Assembly: GCA_031418775.1 (NCBI GenBank)
Contig: JANOJN010000079.1
Coordinates: 2,320-66,319 of the forward strand
Length of the DNA stretch: 64,000 nt
Direction of reading: 5' to 3'
DNA from: Acidimicrobiia bacterium
GTDB taxonomy: Bacteria; Actinomycetota; Acidimicrobiia; Acidimicrobiales; JANYDT01
Under the pieces are notes generated by a model. The model did no database searches. It was not told the origin of the DNA and worked only from the letters and a program-made list of their open reading frames with translations. Numbering within the stretch: position 1 is the first letter of the stretch; every line of letters begins with the position of its first letter. Shown piece after piece: positions 60,388 to 64,000 of this stretch. The position numbers and the translations under genes were made by a program.

Positions 60388-61463
60388 GGTGGGTTCCGAG
60401 GGTACCGGCGCTTGCCGGTGGACACCGAAACCTCCGGCGTCGGGGTGGTCTTGCGGCGTTGCGTCTGCACGGCAAGTTCAGCCTGCAGCTTGGCGAATCC
60501 GGCGTAGCGCTCCTCGGTCAGTTCGCCCGCTCCGAGCGCTTCGCGTATGGCGCATCCAGGCTCGCTCCCGTGCGAGCAGTTGGTGAAACGGCACTGGTCG
60601 GCGAGCTCGGCGACGTCGTCGAACACCTCGCCGAGCATGTCGCCGTCGGCCTCGTCGTCGGAGCTCCACGGGGCGACTTCACGGATCCCGGGCGTGTCGA
60701 TGAGCAGCGCACCCGACGGGAGCACGACGAGTTCGCGCCACGTGGTCGTGTGGCGGCCACGGCCGTCCGAGTCGCGCACTTCGCCGGTCTTCAGCCGGGC
60801 GTAGCCGAGGAAGCTGTTGGCGAGCGTCGACTTCCCCGCACCGGACGGTCCGATGACCACGAGGGTCGCGCCGCGCACGTTCCACTTGTCGAGCTGATCG
60901 ACACCCTCACCGGTCCGGGCGTTGACGGCGACCACGGGAACGCTGCGGGCGATCTGCTCGACCCACGACATGTCGGTGTCGAGGTCGGATTTCGTCAGGA
61001 CGAGAACCGGTGCCGCCCCACTGGCGGCAACAACGGTGAGTTCACGCTCAGTGCGACGAGGATTGGCTTTGGCGTCCCCGGGCACGCATACGAACACCGT
61101 GTCCACGTTGGCGGCGATGACCTGCGCTCGCGACGGGTCACCGCTGGCGCCGCGGACGAGCACACTGCGACGCTCGAGGACGCCTTCGACCGATCCGCTG
61201 CCTTCCTCGAATCTCGGAGTCACGTACACCCAGTCGCCGACGGCCAGCCCGTGTTCGTTGCGCAGTGTCGTGCGCAACCGCCCCCGCAGCCCGCACATCA
61301 GGTCGATCGTCTCCGTCCGCACCGTCCAACCACCGCGATCGTGTCGCACGATCCGGCCGGGAACCGTGCCTTCGGGCAGAACTGACGACCCGTCACGCTC
61401 CCTCGTCCATCCGAGCCCGACCAGCGCGGGGAATCGCCACGCCAGGGGGCTCGGCTCAGGCAT
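60375..61463 (-). CDS. rsgA: Ribosome small-subunit-dependent GTPase A
   Basis: Circularly permuted GTPase motifs (LTKSDL, then VIGPSGAGKSTL) and a C-terminal zinc-finger motif CRFTNCSHGSEPGCAI. Confidence 0.9.
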   Translation of the reverse strand: MPEPSPLAWRFPALVGLGWTRERDGSSVLPEGTVPGRIVRHDRGGWTVRTETIDLMCGLRGRLRTTLRNEHGLAVGDWVYVTPRFEEGSGSVEGVLERRSVLVRGASGDPSRAQVIAANVDTVFVCVPGDAKANPRRTERELTVVAASGAAPVLVLTKSDLDTDMSWVEQIARSVPVVAVNARTGEGVDQLDKWNVRGATLVVIGPSGAGKSTLANSFLGYARLKTGEVRDSDGRGRHTTTWRELVVLPSGALLIDTPGIREVAPWSSDDEADGDMLGEVFDDVAELADQCRFTNCSHGSEPGCAIREALGAGELTEERYAGFAKLQAELAVQTQRRKTTPTPEVSVSTGKRRYPRNPPWNS

Positions 61464-61528
61464 CCACGGCTTCGATCATCTCGACGCGGCGTCGCGAAGG
61501 CACCGGTCGTTGCCGTCGGCCACGTTGC

Positions 61529-62731
61529 TCACGTTCCGACTCCGGCGTGGTCGAGCGCCGCTGCCCAGGTCGCGCCGTCGGCGAGAAGCGGGCGGTAGCC
61601 CATGAGCGCTTTGATCCGGTTGAGGCCGAGTGCGCCGACGAGGAGATCACCCCTGCGATAGAGAGCGACGCCGACGCCGGCAGCGGGATCGCCGTCGACG
61701 ACCCGTACCTCGTCGAAACCCGTGGAACGGCCCAGAAACTGGATCTTGGTGCTGTACTGGTCGCTCCAGAAGTAGGGGACCGGCGTGAAAGGCTCGGTCC
61801 CTCCGAGCAAGGTCAGGGCGGCGTGCTCGGCCATCTCCACCGCGTTGGTCCAGTGCTCGATCCGCATCACCTCGCCGTAGCGATCGTTCGGCCAACGAGC
61901 GACGTCGCCACAGGCGACGACACCTTCGACCGCGCGTTGTTCGGTATCGACCACTCGACAGGTGGAATCGCAAAGGACCCCGTCGGCCACGCTGACGCCG
62001 GATCCCTCCAGCCAAGCGGTGTTCGGCGCAACTCCGATGCCCACGACGATCAGGTCGGCGCCGATGACGGAGCCATCGGCGAGGTGCACCCCGTCAGCTT
62101 CGATGGACGCAACGCCGATTCCGACGATAAGCCTCGTCCCGTTTCGTTCGTGCAGCGCGGCACACGCCGTTCCCATCGCTTCGCCGAGTTGGCGTTCCAG
62201 CGGCACCGGAGCGGCTTCGACGACGGTGACCTCGCAGCCCTTGGACCGGGCGGTCGAGGCGACCTCGGCCCCGATGAAACCGGCACCGACCACCACAACT
62301 CGCGCTCCGTCGACCAGTCTCGGCGCCAACGCCTCGGCGTCGTCAAGCGTGCGGAGGGTGAACACCGGGGCGCCATCGGCGTGCGGGAGCCGCCGCACCG
62401 AGGTGCCAGTGGCAACGACCAACAGATCGAACGGAAAGGGATCGGCGTCGGTTTGGACGGTTCGGGTGCCGAGGTCAAGTGAGGTGGCGGAGACGCCCGG
62501 ATGGTGGGTGATGTCCTGGTCGACGAACGCAGAGTCCGAACGGGTGAGCCACAGCCGATCGCGATCGGCAACACCGGCGAGAAACTGCTTGGACAACGGT
62601 GGTCGGTCGTAGGGGCGATGCGACTCGGCGCCGAGCAGCGCTATCGGTCCCTCATGCCCATGTCGACGAAGCGCTTCGGCGCAGCGGACCCCGGCGAGCG
62701 AGGCCCCGACGATGACTACCCGCGACTTCAT
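61529..62731 (-). CDS. FAD-dependent ferredoxin reductase (pyridine nucleotide-disulfide oxidoreductase)
   Basis: Two Rossmann motifs: VVIVGASLAGVRCAE and VVVVGAGFIGAEVAS. Lies 13-16 bp downstream of the ferredoxin gene. Confidence 0.85.
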   Translation of the reverse strand: MKSRVVIVGASLAGVRCAEALRRHGHEGPIALLGAESHRPYDRPPLSKQFLAGVADRDRLWLTRSDSAFVDQDITHHPGVSATSLDLGTRTVQTDADPFPFDLLVVATGTSVRRLPHADGAPVFTLRTLDDAEALAPRLVDGARVVVVGAGFIGAEVASTARSKGCEVTVVEAAPVPLERQLGEAMGTACAALHERNGTRLIVGIGVASIEADGVHLADGSVIGADLIVVGIGVAPNTAWLEGSGVSVADGVLCDSTCRVVDTEQRAVEGVVACGDVARWPNDRYGEVMRIEHWTNAVEMAEHAALTLLGGTEPFTPVPYFWSDQYSTKIQFLGRSTGFDEVRVVDGDPAAGVGVALYRRGDLLVGALGLNRIKALMGYRPLLADGATWAAALDHAGVGT

Positions 62732-62747
62732 CACGCACGCACAGCGC

Positions 62748-62939
62748 TCATCCTTCGACGGTGATCGCTTGGGTCGGACAGAGCATCGCGGCCTCTGCGA
62801 CCTTGGCGCGATGCTCCTCGCCGGGCTCCTCGATGAGGATGTAGAGGAACCCGTCGTCGCGGACTTCGAAGACCTCGGGGGCGGCGCTCATGCACAACGC
62901 GTTGGACTGACAGCGATCGAAGTCGACGGTGATCTTCAT
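62748..62939 (-). CDS. Small single-cluster ferredoxin
   Basis: 63 aa with DRCQSNALCMSAAP ... MLCPTQAI cysteine pattern. Confidence 0.85.
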   Translation of the reverse strand: MKITVDFDRCQSNALCMSAAPEVFEVRDDGFLYILIEEPGEEHRAKVAEAAMLCPTQAITVEG

Positions 62940-63047
62940 GTCCGAATCCTACGTAGTCGGGGCCACCGACCGAAACTTCGACTGTCGGAGCCCTCGTCAG
63001 GACGGCGCTCGTCGCCACCTTGCGCGCCGAGATGCCAGGATCGAACC

Positions 63048-63494
63048 ATGACCGACCGTCCTGTCACGCTGACCACGGGTCTCCCGGAAACGATCCTCGA
63101 CCTCGAACCGCCCGACGCCCTCCGTGCGCTCGCCGAGGCGCTCGCTGTCCCTGACCCGGCCGCACGGCGCGACGCGGTCTCGCTCGTGGTGGCGCGTTTC
63201 CCTCGAATGCTCGATGCGTGGTCCCAGGTCGGACGTCTCGGCCGGGATCCGATCGAGCGGTATGCGGCTCATCGTGTCGGGTATCACCGGGGTCTGGATC
63301 GACTGCGGGCTTCGGGCTGGCGGGGCAGTGGCTTCGTCCGCTGGCGGAACGAACCCAACCGCGGCTTCCTGCGGGCCCTCGATGGCCTGCGTCAGGCAGC
63401 CACCGAGATCGGGGAGGCCGACGAAGCCGAGCGTTGTGCGACGTTCCTCCACCAACTCGACCCCGACTGGGACCGCCGACCCGATGCCGACTGA
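63048..63494 (+). CDS. DUF3151-like small conserved actinobacterial protein
   Basis: 148 aa. The RVGYHRGLDRLRASGWRGSGFVRWRNEPNRGFLRAL block resembles that family as I remember it. Confidence 0.5.
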   Translation: MTDRPVTLTTGLPETILDLEPPDALRALAEALAVPDPAARRDAVSLVVARFPRMLDAWSQVGRLGRDPIERYAAHRVGYHRGLDRLRASGWRGSGFVRWRNEPNRGFLRALDGLRQAATEIGEADEAERCATFLHQLDPDWDRRPDAD

Positions 63495-63495
63495 C

Positions 63496-64000
63496 ATGTC
63501 GAGCATGCCTACCGCGACCATCGATCGGCTTGCCGGTCTCGAAGTCAACTCAGCCGACATCAGGGCGGCGCTCGCCCTTGTGGCCGGGACGGTCCACCGC
63601 ACGCCGCTCCTCCGCTCCGTCACCCTCGACGATCGCACTGGGGCGACGGTGTTCTCGAAGGCCGAGAATCTCCAGCGCACGGGTTCGTTCAAGATCCGCG
63701 GCGCGCTGCACCGTCTCCTACGGCTCAGCGCAGAGGAACGCGCCGCCGGGGTCGTGGCGTTCTCCTCCGGCAACCACGCCCAGGGCGTGGCGCTCGCGGC
63801 CCGGATCGTCGGCATCAAAGCGACGATCGTCATGCCCACGGATGCGCCCCGCGTCAAACGCGAAGCAACGGCGGCCTACGGCGCCGAGATCGTGGACTAC
63901 GACCGGGCCACGCAAGACCGCGAGGTGTTGGCCGCCCGCATCGTCGCGGAACGGGGCGGCACCGTCGTGCCACCGTTCGACGATCTTTTGGTCATCGCCG
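63496..64000 (+). CDS. Threonine/serine dehydratase (PLP-dependent), 3' end outside the window
   Basis: Not in the ORF track because no stop lies inside the window. My translation gives MSSMPTATIDRLAG...HRTPLL...SKAENLQRTGSFKIRGA (PLP-Lys motif)...AFSSGNHAQGVALAA. Confidence 0.8.
   Translation, partial: MSSMPTATIDRLAGLEVNSADIRAALALVAGTVHRTPLLRSVTLDDRTGATVFSKAENLQRTGSFKIRGALHRLLRLSAEERAAGVVAFSSGNHAQGVALAARIVGIKATIVMPTDAPRVKREATAAYGAEIVDYDRATQDREVLAARIVAERGGTVVPPFDDLLVIA

Noticed and set aside
1-64000. Mobile elements, prophage remnants, tRNA/rRNA genes and CRISPR arrays
   Set aside because: No transposase, integrase or phage-like ORFs were seen. No terminal inverted repeats flank any block, no tRNA-like cloverleaf signature sits in the intergenic gaps, and there are no repeat-spacer arrays. 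This was a by-eye scan only, so small RNAs could have been missed.

Overview
GC-rich, strongly GC3-biased, gene-dense chromosomal segment of actinobacterial type. The lineage is judged from protein families and codon style only. I can support about 55 protein-coding genes. By eye I found no rRNA, tRNA, CRISPR array, transposase, integrase or prophage gene. All domain calls come from motifs read in the supplied translations, and no search was run. Many long ORFs in the track are off-frame or antisense artefacts typical of high-GC DNA. The track also treats GTG and TTG as starts, so several true starts lie inside the listed ORFs. Content from left to right: (1) Housekeeping catabolic genes: a MaoC-like fragment, an acyl-CoA dehydrogenase-like gene and a GH1 beta-glucosidase. 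(2) A dense second-messenger region at about 3.5-28 kb. It holds a cyclase-STAND-TPR giant divergent from an MBL hydrolase / cNMP-binding / transporter-HEAT operon. It also holds a hyaluronan-synthase-like GT2, and a cNMP-binding protein with an unknown N-domain that is divergent from an operon interleaving a MacB-type ABC transporter with a two-component system. The response regulator of that system carries a class III cyclase output. CBS, REC-only and LuxR-type regulators and a GAF-GGDEF-EAL protein complete the region. (3) An S8 protease with a 16-unit Trp-pentapeptide tail. (4) An AhpD/CMD-like gene interrupted by an in-frame TGA at its CxxC motif, followed by a SECIS-like hairpin (candidate selenoprotein). 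(5) A Liv-type ABC importer plus an amidase. (6) An E2-like acyltransferase and a P450. (7) A lipoprotein / DUF4331 / TPR / His-rich NicO-like putative metal operon with a highly structured intercistronic RNA. (8) A sortase with a tiny non-canonical substrate. (9) Assorted housekeeping genes, including SDR, acyl-CoA ligase, GT39, pseudouridine synthase, ACAD, PIG-L deacetylase, MFS, AlkA-like glycosylase, RsgA, ferredoxin reductase and ferredoxin, and threonine dehydratase. The best candidates for something new are the ABC/two-component/cyclase/cNMP-reader module, the cyclase / MBL / cNMP-reader / transporter-HEAT island, the hidden selenoprotein candidate and the DUF4331 metal cluster.
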